A stretch of DNA of 64,000 nt from Candidatus Latescibacterota bacterium. Lineage in GTDB: Bacteria > Latescibacterota > UBA2968. The DNA is taken from assembly GCA_965116885.1 (NCBI GenBank), contig OZ220741.1, forward strand, positions 1,088,001-1,152,000. Reading direction: 5' to 3'. Below, piece after piece: positions 8,121 through 17,437 of this stretch. Position 1 is the stretch's first letter, and every line of letters begins with the position of its first letter. The notes under the pieces are model-generated. The model saw nothing but the letters and a program-made list of their open reading frames with translations. It searched no databases and was not told the origin of the DNA. The translations under genes were made by a program, and so were the position numbers.

Positions 8121-10712
8121 CTATCCCGAGCAATTCGAGCCACTAACATCTGTAATGCCCTGAAGCCACGTCTGAAAGGCAGCATCAAGCGGCGCACATA
8201 GCCCTGTATTATGAAAGTAAAATTGCTTCAGCTTTGTCAGCCCAGTCAGGCTTTGGGGAAGCGCACCCATCAAAGATGCATTATCCTGGAGCCACAGAAC
8301 CTCCAGATTGGACAAGTTGCCCAATTGTATTGGCGTTGCACCACGCAACTGATTGTTGCTAAGATACAGTGCTGTAAGATTGGACAAGTTGCCCAATGCT
8401 GTTGGAATCGCACTGCTCAACTGATTGTTGCTAAGACTCAATGTCGTAAGATTGGACAGATTGCCCAATGCTGTTGGAAGCTCGCCAACCAACTGATTGC
8501 TGTGAAGACTCAGTGTCGTAAGGTTAGATAGATTACCCAATGCTACTGGTATCTCACCTACCAACTGATTGTTGCCGAGGTCCAGGGTCGTGAGATTGGA
8601 TAGACTGCTCAATTCTGTTGGAATCTCGTCACTCAACTGATTGCTCCAAAGATGTAGTTCCGTAAGGTTAGAAAGGGTGAACAATTCGGAGGGGATTGAC
8701 GTCAGTTGATTACCACCCAGATAGAGCGTGCGGAGTGCGGCCAGGTCATCAAAGAGGCCATCGGGCAGGCTACTGAGTTGATTCTCTTTCAGGTCGAGCG
8801 TTGTCAAACCCGTCAGACCAGAAAAATCGCCAGCCTTCAGTTCTGTGAGGTTTGCATCCTCCAAAATGAGAGAATTTATCGCAGACAGATGCGCCACTGT
8901 CACATCGCCGCAAGTGCTTACAGGCACTTGTGCCATAATCGCGTCGTGTACTGCGTGCGTGCGGTCACACACCGATACCCTTACTGTCTGTAACGGCAAG
9001 TCTTTGACAATTTTTCCCGTCTCTCCAGTATATTTTCCCACTTCAATTTTTATGATACCCCGATCGTCCAGGTAGCTTGTCTGCGCCATCACCGGGATAG
9101 AGGCGTGCGGAGAGAATAGATTTGAAACTTCCGCAATACGATGATAGCTCTGGTCATTCCCATCCACCTGAAAATGAGAGAAAGAAAGGCTGAATAAAGG
9201 GGTATCTCTGACTGGAAAGGGATTGGGATTACCATAAATTTCAACGAATATGACGTCGCGAATGTGCAGTGAAAGCGTCTTTCCCGGAAATGCCAGCGCA
9301 CCGATGAAGGTCGTTTCATTCGTACTCAGATCCGTCGCTTCCATACGCACCCATGTATGCTCGTAACGTCCCCAGCCATACGCGATGTCTTCGGGCTTAT
9401 AGCTGGCGGGAAGAGGCTCTCCTTCCACAACATCGGACTTGCGAAGACACAGGCGATAGGTTCCTTCTGACCAGGCGAAGTCGTTTCTCACACTAATAAA
9501 ATCCCCTTCGTCACCAGAGCTTTCCAAAAGGCCGCCGGGTGCTTGTCTAATCGCTTTCCAATTTCGCTCTTCCCATCGGGAAAAAATAGCCCCCCTGCCG
9601 CGCGTGAAGACAGAATATGCGAGGTTGCTCATGTGCAGACGACCTTTAATTCGCGTCTGTATGCCTCCGTAAATGGGTATCTGATTGATCAGCTTGTTAA
9701 AAGGGGCTATGTATAAATTGACACTATCGGGCACACTGCCTTCAATGGTGAACGTTGTACAATAGGACTGAATGTCCTTCGGCTCATTTGAGGAGTATAA
9801 ATACACGTTAATCAAGTGCCAGGGCGTTTTAGCCTGCGTATTTGGTGGCAGGCGCCGGGGCACGGCAATAGTTGAGGCCGACCACGCGCCCGTACCTTCG
9901 TCGTTGTTTGCCCGTATCTGCACCTCGTAGTAAATGTACGATTTCAAGCCCGCGATCGTCGTCGTCTGCGCGGTGCCGGTGTGAGGATAGGAGATAAATT
10001 CACTGTCGCTGGCTTGTCGGTATTGCACATCATAATCACTGATGTCTGGACCGGTGTTGGTCGGTGCCATCCAGCTCACCGTCAGGGTATTCAAGGTCGG
10101 ATCTGATATTGTTGGTGCTGCTGGTCTTCCCGGTGCTTCTTTCACATCAATCACAGCAATGGTAATCGCCTGTTCGGCTGTCCGTGTGCGTTTACCCTTG
10201 CCACTTGTAACCTGGACCACCACGGTATATGTACTATCGTCCGCGACTGGTCGCTCGAAGTCTGGAAGGGCCTTGAAGTACAACTGATTCTGGTTGATGA
10301 TCTCAAACAGATCCTGATTGGGACCACCGCTAATCGCATAGCCGATAATATCGTCCTGGCTGTCGTCATCTTTGGCGATAACCGTGCTGACCATCCTTGT
10401 GTTCTCCTGCATATAGAAGGTTGACGCACTGGTGAAAACAGGCAAGCAGTTTACCTCCTGGCCAAAGCTACTGACAAAGATCAGAAAATCGTCAAACGCA
10501 ATTTCACCATTGCCGTTCAGATCGTATTTTGCTTCATACTTTTCCTGGCCCTCCAGAGACCCGAACGCGCTGACAAAGAACAAAAAGTCGGGAAAATCAA
10601 CAACGCCACTTCCGTCAAAGTCCGCGGGAGGTGGCGTATCAGCAGAGGCATTCCCCATACATACCAGTATCGCAAGGGCGACAAAATTCATAAACACCCA
10701 GCTCTTTTTCAA
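8121..10712 (-). CDS. Secreted modular protein: signal peptide, EF-hand/dockerin-like, cadherin, FN3, uncharacterised central domain, LRRs
   Basis: DFDGSGVVDFPDF/YDLNGNGEIAFDDF pair; PVFTS..QEN..PDFE cadherin; WMAP..YDVQYR..YEVQIRA FN3; 24-aa LGNLSNLTTLxLxNNQLxGxIP repeats. Confidence 0.85.
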   Translation of the reverse strand: MKKSWVFMNFVALAILVCMGNASADTPPPADFDGSGVVDFPDFLFFVSAFGSLEGQEKYEAKYDLNGNGEIAFDDFLIFVSSFGQEVNCLPVFTSASTFYMQENTRMVSTVIAKDDDSQDDIIGYAISGGPNQDLFEIINQNQLYFKALPDFERPVADDSTYTVVVQVTSGKGKRTRTAEQAITIAVIDVKEAPGRPAAPTISDPTLNTLTVSWMAPTNTGPDISDYDVQYRQASDSEFISYPHTGTAQTTTIAGLKSYIYYEVQIRANNDEGTGAWSASTIAVPRRLPPNTQAKTPWHLINVYLYSSNEPKDIQSYCTTFTIEGSVPDSVNLYIAPFNKLINQIPIYGGIQTRIKGRLHMSNLAYSVFTRGRGAIFSRWEERNWKAIRQAPGGLLESSGDEGDFISVRNDFAWSEGTYRLCLRKSDVVEGEPLPASYKPEDIAYGWGRYEHTWVRMEATDLSTNETTFIGALAFPGKTLSLHIRDVIFVEIYGNPNPFPVRDTPLFSLSFSHFQVDGNDQSYHRIAEVSNLFSPHASIPVMAQTSYLDDRGIIKIEVGKYTGETGKIVKDLPLQTVRVSVCDRTHAVHDAIMAQVPVSTCGDVTVAHLSAINSLILEDANLTELKAGDFSGLTGLTTLDLKENQLSSLPDGLFDDLAALRTLYLGGNQLTSIPSELFTLSNLTELHLWSNQLSDEIPTELSSLSNLTTLDLGNNQLVGEIPVALGNLSNLTTLSLHSNQLVGELPTALGNLSNLTTLSLSNNQLSSAIPTALGNLSNLTALYLSNNQLRGATPIQLGNLSNLEVLWLQDNASLMGALPQSLTGLTKLKQFYFHNTGLCAPLDAAFQTWLQGITDVSGSNCSG
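8260..8700 (-). repeat. 72-bp coding tandem repeats (plant-type 24-aa LRR)
   Basis: Recurring AAGATTGGACAAGTTGCCCAATGCTGTTGG..CAACTGATTGTTG units at 72-bp period. Confidence 0.85.
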
Positions 10713-10822
10713 GTCTAACCCCCTTCAATAGATGTGACCCCAAATAGGGGCAAGTCCCAAAAATTCTATCAAAAGATAGCCCCGCGATAGGGGTGGTGGT
10801 TTTATGTAAAGCTATTTATAAA

Positions 10823-10838
10823 TGCAAAAACCGTGCCA
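10823..10838 (-). promoter_or_regulatory. Sigma54 promoter for the LRR/cadherin gene
   Basis: Minus strand TGGCAC-GGTTT-TTGCA, exact consensus, about 110 bp upstream of the start; divergent bEBP gene adjacent. Confidence 0.85.
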
Positions 10839-11114
10839 ATAGAAGTTTTGCTCCAGAGATTTTATTCGTAAAGAGTTGTTTTATATAAAAAAAGAGAGCC
10901 AATCTGACTATATCATATCGTTGCCGAATAGCCGGATTGGCTCTTACAAAAGACTTTATATGGTCTTAAAAGACGTACTATGGTCTCAAAAGTCCCGAGA
11001 TTATTACACCCTTCATATTTCTGTTTGCAGGTGTGAAATTCAATATTATGTTTCTCTTGCAAGTGTGAGATACACTATGAATCCGTTTTTCACCCATATC
11101 ACAAGGTTCGCCCT

Positions 11115-14100
11115 ATGATCAAGCCACTTGACCGCACAGGCACCTATCGGACTTATTCTATGGCCGATGGCCTGGCCGGGGTGCGCATTGAACACATTGC
11201 CGAGGATAGCAAAGGCGATCTCTGGTTTGCCACCTGGGACAATGGTGTCAGTTGCTTCGATGGAGACGAGTTCCAGGTATTTACCCAACAGGACGGTCTT
11301 GTTAGTGACCGCGTTTATTTTATTCAAAAGGACAGTCAGAATCGGTTGTGGTTCGGTACATTAAATGGGGTCTGCTGGTATGACGGGGCAAATTTCCACC
11401 ATTTGGAAGAAGACGGTATCGCAGGCCGATCTGTGCAGTTCATTTATGAAGACCGTGAGGGACGTATATGGTGTGGTGGTCACCATACCCTGGGATATTA
11501 CGACGGCACGGCTTACCGCGATTTAATTTCGCTTTACCTGCAGCACTACCCGGAACCGCCTGCTCCTAACTGGACCAACCGGTGTCGGGGCATAGCTCAG
11601 GATCTCGAAGGTCACCTGTGGTTTGGCTTTAATTATCTCACCCGCTTTGACGGCACATCTTTCCACCGCTACGAAGAGAAAGAGGGTTTTCCTCGACACC
11701 CGACAAGCTATGTCGTGGGTCGGAACGATACCGGTCATGTTTGGATCGGTCATCGCAAATGCGAAAACAAACTCTGGTGCTATGCCGATGACTCTTTCCA
11801 GCCTATTCAGGTAGATTTGGGTGGTATTCTGCGCAAAATACAGTGTGACGGTACGGGTCGAATGTGGTTTTCTACTTCAGAAGGGGTGCTCTATCAGGAT
11901 GGCGAAGGGTTCAGCAGGTTTACCGTTGCCGATGGCCTGCCTCATACCTCAGTTAAAGCCGTATTACAGGATCGCGAGCATCAGTACTGGTTTGCCACAG
12001 AGGGGGGCGTCGGGATTTACGATACACATATCAGCGTTTTCGACCTGCGTCCAAACTTATCTAATTCATCTGAAAGCGTAAGCGGGATTTCACAGATCGT
12101 GCAAGACAGTCGAGGTGATATATGGGTTGGGTATGCAGCTCCCTTTCTCAACAGCCAGACCCAAAGCGTCTTTCGTTTTGATGGCGAGTGCTTTGATTTC
12201 GTAAATGCCGATGATGGCGATATCGACAACTGTTTTGCCATCTACGAGGACCGCGATGGGGCCCTGTGGTTTGGCGGCGTCAATGGTTTGTTCCGCTACG
12301 ATGGGAAGAAGCTAAAAAAAATGGAAGAACCAATCGCAGGTTCAGGCGAAGGCAGTATCAGTGCAATCACCCAGGATTCGCAAGGGCAATTCATATTTGG
12401 TCATTGGGAAGAAAAAATAAAAAGAAAAGACCTTTTTGTCAGCGCATTGAAGATCGCTTACCAGCGCGGCGAGGAGGTCCAAACCATTTTTGAGAAGAAG
12501 GAGAAAAAAGATCCTTTTAGCCGCATTGGCACTGTGATTGTCGGGCGCAACAGCGAGGTCTATTTTCATCTCGTTCACCAGGATTTCTACGACAACAATA
12601 AAGGCTTCGTGCGTTGGCATCCCGAAGATGGCCTCAAATTCTATAGGGTTAAAGACGGGCTGATAGACGGCAGGGTCACCGACCTGTTTTTAGACCAGAG
12701 TGGCAACCTGTGGATTGCCACTCTGGGTGGTCTTTATTGCTTTGATGGCAGTACCTTCCAGAGCTTCACAACTGAAGAGGGTCTGCCGAGCAACCGCATC
12801 CGTTGCTTGCTTGAAGATCGGCAAGGCCACCTTTGGATTGGCACAGACGGCGGTGTGGCTCACCATGATGGCCAGATTTTTCAGACCATCAAGTCGCCGT
12901 ATATAGGACCGGTTTTCCGAATACTTGAAGATCGCGATGGAAACTTCTGGTTTGGTACAGCCCAACATTCTCTGGTGCGCTACCGGCAACAAAAAACGCG
13001 ACCTCAGATTCGCTTGCTACAAGTGATTGCCGATGAGGTCTATGAGAACTTAGAAGAAGTCATCGTATCTAAGACAGACCAGAATGTGATTTTCGAGTAC
13101 AAGGGCCTGAGTTTTTCTACCCATCCCAGCGACATGCTCTATGTCTATCGCCTGAATGGCTATGATGCCGACTGGCAACCAGCGACCCGAAAAATGCGGG
13201 CCTTTTACCGGGACTTGCCGCCGGGAGACTACACCTTCCAGGTCCGGGCGATAGATCGCGATCTCAATTACTCAGAGATCGCGCAAACGTGCCTCTCGAT
13301 CACAGAAGACCCGCGTATCGAAGCATTGACCGACGTCATCAACCGTCGAGAAAGCCAGCAGTTTATCGGTCATAGCCCTGCTCTGCGCGAGTTTCAAATT
13401 AATCTTGAAAAAATCGCATCTACCAATATGACCGTGTTGATTATGGGCGAGACGGGGGTGGGCAAGGGGTTGGCAGCACGGACACTACACGCGCTGAGTG
13501 CCCATAGCGATGGTCCTTTTATAGAGGTCAGTTGCGGTGCATTGCCCGGAGCGTTGATCGACAGTGAGTTGTTTGGTCACGAGAGAGGGGCCTTTACCGG
13601 CGCAGTTTTCCACAGATTGGGCAGGGTGGAACTGGCAGAGGGTGGCACACTCTTTTTGGACGAGATCGGCGATATGGCTGTAGAAACGCAGGGCAAGCTG
13701 TTGCGTTTGCTGGAAGAGGGCAGGTTTGAACGCGTTGGGAGCAGTGAGACGCGGATGGCAAAGACGCGTATTGTAGCAGCGACCAATCGCAATTTGGGGG
13801 AGATGGTCAGCAGGGGTGATTTTAGGGAGGATCTCTATTACCGTCTCAATGCCTTTCCGATGTACTTGCCATCCCTGCGTGAGCGCAAGGAGGATATACC
13901 GGAGTTAGCCGAGTATTTCAAGATTCGCATGGCGACGCATCTGGGCAAGCAAATAGCTCTCTTGACGCCAGAAATTATTGAGGTTTTACAAAGCTACGAT
14001 TGGCCGGGTAATGTGCGGGAATTAGAGCATACCATACAACGGGCCGTGGTCTTGTGTTCTGAGTCTCAAATCAGAAAGGAGAATCTGGGACTGCACAGTT

Positions 14101-14324
14101 CTCGAATCAAAGATACAGGTCATGAGGGGCAGACTTTATCGGCTCCTCATGACCGCGAATTCGTACCTTTAAATGAATTTGAACGGCGCCACATCCTCGA
14201 CGCGCTCGAAGCCACGAACTATCTGATAAAGGGACCCAGGGGCGCGGCGAAGCTGCTTGGGGTACCGCCTTCTACGCTGTATGGAAAAATGAAAAGACTG
14301 GGTATCAAACTAAACCCTCGCTGA
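11115..14324 (+). CDS. Sigma54-dependent activator (bEBP) with N-terminal Reg_prop beta-propellers and Y_Y_Y domain
   Basis: Repeated DxxGxLWFGT propeller blades; YVYRLNGYD..YRDLPPGDYTFQVRA; GETGVGKG, GAFTGA, LFLDEIG, WPGNVREL, C-terminal Fis-type HTH. Confidence 0.92.
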   Translation: MIKPLDRTGTYRTYSMADGLAGVRIEHIAEDSKGDLWFATWDNGVSCFDGDEFQVFTQQDGLVSDRVYFIQKDSQNRLWFGTLNGVCWYDGANFHHLEEDGIAGRSVQFIYEDREGRIWCGGHHTLGYYDGTAYRDLISLYLQHYPEPPAPNWTNRCRGIAQDLEGHLWFGFNYLTRFDGTSFHRYEEKEGFPRHPTSYVVGRNDTGHVWIGHRKCENKLWCYADDSFQPIQVDLGGILRKIQCDGTGRMWFSTSEGVLYQDGEGFSRFTVADGLPHTSVKAVLQDREHQYWFATEGGVGIYDTHISVFDLRPNLSNSSESVSGISQIVQDSRGDIWVGYAAPFLNSQTQSVFRFDGECFDFVNADDGDIDNCFAIYEDRDGALWFGGVNGLFRYDGKKLKKMEEPIAGSGEGSISAITQDSQGQFIFGHWEEKIKRKDLFVSALKIAYQRGEEVQTIFEKKEKKDPFSRIGTVIVGRNSEVYFHLVHQDFYDNNKGFVRWHPEDGLKFYRVKDGLIDGRVTDLFLDQSGNLWIATLGGLYCFDGSTFQSFTTEEGLPSNRIRCLLEDRQGHLWIGTDGGVAHHDGQIFQTIKSPYIGPVFRILEDRDGNFWFGTAQHSLVRYRQQKTRPQIRLLQVIADEVYENLEEVIVSKTDQNVIFEYKGLSFSTHPSDMLYVYRLNGYDADWQPATRKMRAFYRDLPPGDYTFQVRAIDRDLNYSEIAQTCLSITEDPRIEALTDVINRRESQQFIGHSPALREFQINLEKIASTNMTVLIMGETGVGKGLAARTLHALSAHSDGPFIEVSCGALPGALIDSELFGHERGAFTGAVFHRLGRVELAEGGTLFLDEIGDMAVETQGKLLRLLEEGRFERVGSSETRMAKTRIVAATNRNLGEMVSRGDFREDLYYRLNAFPMYLPSLRERKEDIPELAEYFKIRMATHLGKQIALLTPEIIEVLQSYDWPGNVRELEHTIQRAVVLCSESQIRKENLGLHSSRIKDTGHEGQTLSAPHDREFVPLNEFERRHILDALEATNYLIKGPRGAAKLLGVPPSTLYGKMKRLGIKLNPR

Positions 14325-14352
14325 CAAACTGCTATCGCAATTATCTGCTCAC

Positions 14353-14414
14353 CTCGAGTACAAACAAAAGCCCGTCGATCAAATGAGATTAACGGGCTTT
14401 CTTGTGTACTTGAG
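14353..14414. terminator. Long hairpin / intrinsic terminator after the bEBP gene
   Basis: CTCGAGTACA..AAAGCCCGT...ACGGGCTTT..TGTACTTGAG inverted repeat. Confidence 0.65.
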
Positions 14415-14621
14415 TCAAGTTGAAGTTAAGGAGCGGCAGAGAAAGAAATTTTGGCAGATGATTGAGGAGCAATATCCGGGTCAAAATACCTGCTGTGAGC
14501 AGGTTGCGCTATCAGGACTTGATAACTGAATCAAATAGGTTGAACTTGACTCGTTTCGGTGTATAATAGTCGGCATAAGATGCCTCGGTGAAACCTGCTA
14601 CACTAAAACGGAGTAACGCAA

Positions 14622-17039
14622 GTGTTTTCATTTTTCAGGCACATCATCTTTTTTTTCTCTGTGTGCTTTTTCTTTTTTCATTCTGTAACGTATGTACAGG
14701 CGCAGAACAACAATACGCCTAATCTTACGATACAAGAGTTAGTTACTGGACTAAGTACTCCCTGGAGTCTCGATTTTACGCCTGATGGAACAATTCTATT
14801 TACTCAGCGACGAGGTGTATTGAGTGCTATTTTACCAGACGGCACAGTAAATACTGTTACCATTGATCTTAGCGACTTTTTTGCCCAGAGAACGACAGGT
14901 TTGTTGTCCGTTTTGGTTGATCCTGATTTTTCGACTAATCGACGTTTTTATACTTGTCAAGGTCATCAAGTCGCTGGTGCGAGTAACGACACCAGAGAAG
15001 TTCAAGTCATCGCATGGAGAATGAACGATACATACACAGCGGCTACTCGCGTGAATGATCCTCTTGTTGGCGGTATTAAGGTCAGGAATGATGGTTTTCA
15101 CGGAGGCGGGCGAATGCGGTTTGGCCCTGATGGATATTTGTGGATTTGTGCCGGTGATGGTGGCGCGGGTACTGTTCCTCAAGACACGTCTGCGCTTGGC
15201 GGTAAAATTCTTCGTGTTAATGCCATGACGGGCGCGGGTGCTTCTGATAATCCGTTTTCTGATTATCCTCTTGTTTACACGTTGGGGCATCGCAACCCGC
15301 AGGGATTGGCTTTGAGACCTGGTACAAATGAAATGTGGTCAGTAGAGCATGGGCCAGAGTACGATGATGAAATCAATAAATTGGTATCTGGTGGTAATTA
15401 TGGATGGGACCCTGTACCTGAAAAAGAAGGTGATGATCGATATAATCAGGAAGTGTCGATGACTGACACTGAAAAATATCCTGATGCTATTGAAGCCAAG
15501 TGGTCGTCTGGAAGTGCCAGAACTGCGCCAAGTGGTGCTGCTTTTCTTGAAGGTAGCGCCTGGAAAGATTGGGAAGGACGATTGGCGGTAGCAACGTTGC
15601 AACATAAGAAATTATATCTCCTTAAATTCTCTAATTCAGGTACATTTGAGAATAGAATCATCGTTCCTGGATTTAGTGGAGATCCTGGGAGTGGAGGACA
15701 TGGGCGACTTCGTGCGGTTGTTCTTGCCCCTGATAGTAGCCTGTATGTTACCACCTCAAAAGACGATTGGCGTACTACAAAAAGAAATGATGATAAGATT
15801 TTAAGGGTTATTCCGAGTGTTGCCCCCTCTTTTGCATCTAATAATATTAGTGTGAGTGTCGCTGAGAGCAATAATAGTGCAGTACTTGTGGCTACGGTTA
15901 CGGCTACTAATGACGATGACGAGATACTTTCCTATGAACTAAGTGGACAAGATGAAACGTCTTTTTACATATCGGATTCTTCCGTTGGAGAGGTGCGAGC
16001 GCGTGTAGAATTAGATTACGAAACCAAAAATTCATACCATGTTGTCGTTACGGCTACTGATCCTTTTCATTTGAGTGATGAGGTCACAGTAACTATCACT
16101 GTAACAGATGTGAATGAACAATTCGCTATCTCCCTGGATACAGACGATTCTGAAGGTGAGCAGTTTGCATCTTTTCTCGCTGTTTCTCCTGATGGCGGAA
16201 GAGCGACTATCCAGGTTTTCGGGAAAGCTATTCCGGATGTAAACGATATTTCCATGCGCTTTGAATACGATCCGACACAGGTGGTGTATGAAGGCTTTAA
16301 GCGGGGTCCAGTCTTATCTGGCACCTCTGCGCTTGCTGGGAAAAACTTTGTGAATATCGGGATGACGTTAAGAGAAACAATTGACGATAGTGGTCTTATG
16401 GGCACACTTCGCTTTCGTGCGAGAGATACACTTACAGAGACAGAGATACGGTTGGTGCGCGTTAAGCTGTTGGGGGGACAGTCTGAGACCCTCCCGATGT
16501 ACCTCAGCATCGCTCTACAAGGGTCTGCAGTTGCCCTACCAGTCGGTGAGGCTTCGGCAGATTTTAACGGGAATGGGACCATAGACATTCCCGACTTTTT
16601 GCTCTTTGTGGATGTGTTCGGGTTAAAGGCGGGTCAAGAGCAGTATGAGGCAAAATACGATCTGGACAGGAATGACGAGATAGGGATCCCCGATTTTCTG
16701 ATCTTTGTGGATAACTTTGGCAAGGAAATGATCCAGGTGCCAGTGTTCACGTCAGAGCGTCCTGTGCTGCGCTTTGTGGAGGAGAATACGCCGCCTGGAC
16801 AGCCTATAGGTGATCCCATTTCAGCGAGGCGTGCCGAAGGTGAATCTCTCATGTATAGCCTGTGGGGTGTGGATGCCGAATATTTTGCGATTGATGCGAA
16901 CACAGGCCAGCTTGAGACGAAAGAGGCGCACAATTATGAGACGCGGAACTGGTATTCTCCCATCGTGCGCGTCAGTGATGGCAAGGGTGGACAGGTGAGT
17001 GTGGTGGTGGGTGTTGCTATCATTGATGTTGTCGAATAG
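14622..17039 (+). CDS. Secreted PQQ-dependent sugar dehydrogenase (GSDH) fused to cadherin, cohesin-like, dockerin/EF-hand and cadherin domains
   Basis: GLSTPWSLDF, HGGGRMRFGPDG, GKILRV, LGHRNPQGL, EHGP..DEIN, GRLRAV; LDYETK cadherin; FEYDPTQV cohesin-like; DFNGNGTIDIPDF pair. Confidence 0.85.
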   Translation: MFSFFRHIIFFFSVCFFFFHSVTYVQAQNNNTPNLTIQELVTGLSTPWSLDFTPDGTILFTQRRGVLSAILPDGTVNTVTIDLSDFFAQRTTGLLSVLVDPDFSTNRRFYTCQGHQVAGASNDTREVQVIAWRMNDTYTAATRVNDPLVGGIKVRNDGFHGGGRMRFGPDGYLWICAGDGGAGTVPQDTSALGGKILRVNAMTGAGASDNPFSDYPLVYTLGHRNPQGLALRPGTNEMWSVEHGPEYDDEINKLVSGGNYGWDPVPEKEGDDRYNQEVSMTDTEKYPDAIEAKWSSGSARTAPSGAAFLEGSAWKDWEGRLAVATLQHKKLYLLKFSNSGTFENRIIVPGFSGDPGSGGHGRLRAVVLAPDSSLYVTTSKDDWRTTKRNDDKILRVIPSVAPSFASNNISVSVAESNNSAVLVATVTATNDDDEILSYELSGQDETSFYISDSSVGEVRARVELDYETKNSYHVVVTATDPFHLSDEVTVTITVTDVNEQFAISLDTDDSEGEQFASFLAVSPDGGRATIQVFGKAIPDVNDISMRFEYDPTQVVYEGFKRGPVLSGTSALAGKNFVNIGMTLRETIDDSGLMGTLRFRARDTLTETEIRLVRVKLLGGQSETLPMYLSIALQGSAVALPVGEASADFNGNGTIDIPDFLLFVDVFGLKAGQEQYEAKYDLDRNDEIGIPDFLIFVDNFGKEMIQVPVFTSERPVLRFVEENTPPGQPIGDPISARRAEGESLMYSLWGVDAEYFAIDANTGQLETKEAHNYETRNWYSPIVRVSDGKGGQVSVVVGVAIIDVVE

Positions 17040-17071
17040 ACACAGCAGGATATAGCTGGTAGAGTACAAAC

Positions 17072-17115
17072 AAAAGCCCGTCAATCATCACCGATTGACA
17101 GGCTTTTTATTTTTT
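17072..17115. terminator. Bidirectional terminator between the GSDH gene and tRNA-Met
   Basis: AAAAGCCCGTCAATC-ATCACC-GATTGACAGGCTTTTT followed by a T-run. Confidence 0.7.
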
Positions 17116-17116
17116 G

Positions 17117-17192
17117 TGGTAGCGGCAGAGGGACTCGAACCCCCGACCCATGGATTATGATTCCACTGCTCTACCAGCTGAGCTATGCCGCC
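17117..17192 (-). tRNA. tRNA-Met (CAU), elongator type
   Basis: GGCGGCATAGCTCAGCTGGTAGAGCAGTGGAATCATAATCCATGGGTCGGGGGTTCGAGTCCCTCTGCCGCTACCA folds as a cloverleaf; TTGACA-N17-TATTTT promoter upstream. Confidence 0.95.
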
Positions 17193-17289
17193 ACATGATA
17201 TCAGGACGGGAAAAATACAGGAAAATCCTCAGAGTGTCAAGCGTTGGAAACAAGCTATCGGCGGTCAGCCCCGTCCTGCCACCACCCAA

Positions 17290-17320
17290 TGGATCGCGGC
17301 TTACACCTTGCCGCGATGAC
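17290..17320. repeat. Palindromic REP-like repeat, family B
   Basis: TGGATCGCGGC..GCCGCGATGAC; similar copies at 33963-33992 and 35952-35982. Confidence 0.75.
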
Positions 17321-17437
17321 GGTGTTCCTCTGTGAACTGGTCTGCAACCTATCCCCCTTACCATGCATCAAACCTCAAAACCATTGACAACCACCTCAAT
17401 ATAAGGTATTCATGAAAATATACTGTGGAGGACCTTA

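Noticed and set aside
8260..8700. Diversity-generating retroelement TR/VR
   Set aside because: Ordinary LRR coding repeats; differences are not adenine-specific and no reverse transcriptase is present
8121..17116. Prophage or integrase-bearing island at tRNA-Met
   Set aside because: No integrase or phage genes, and no duplicated tRNA 3' end seen near serS
17150..17364. ORFs overlapping tRNA-Met (likewise 20385-20689 over tRNA-Leu)
   Set aside because: Translations of tRNA and repeat sequence
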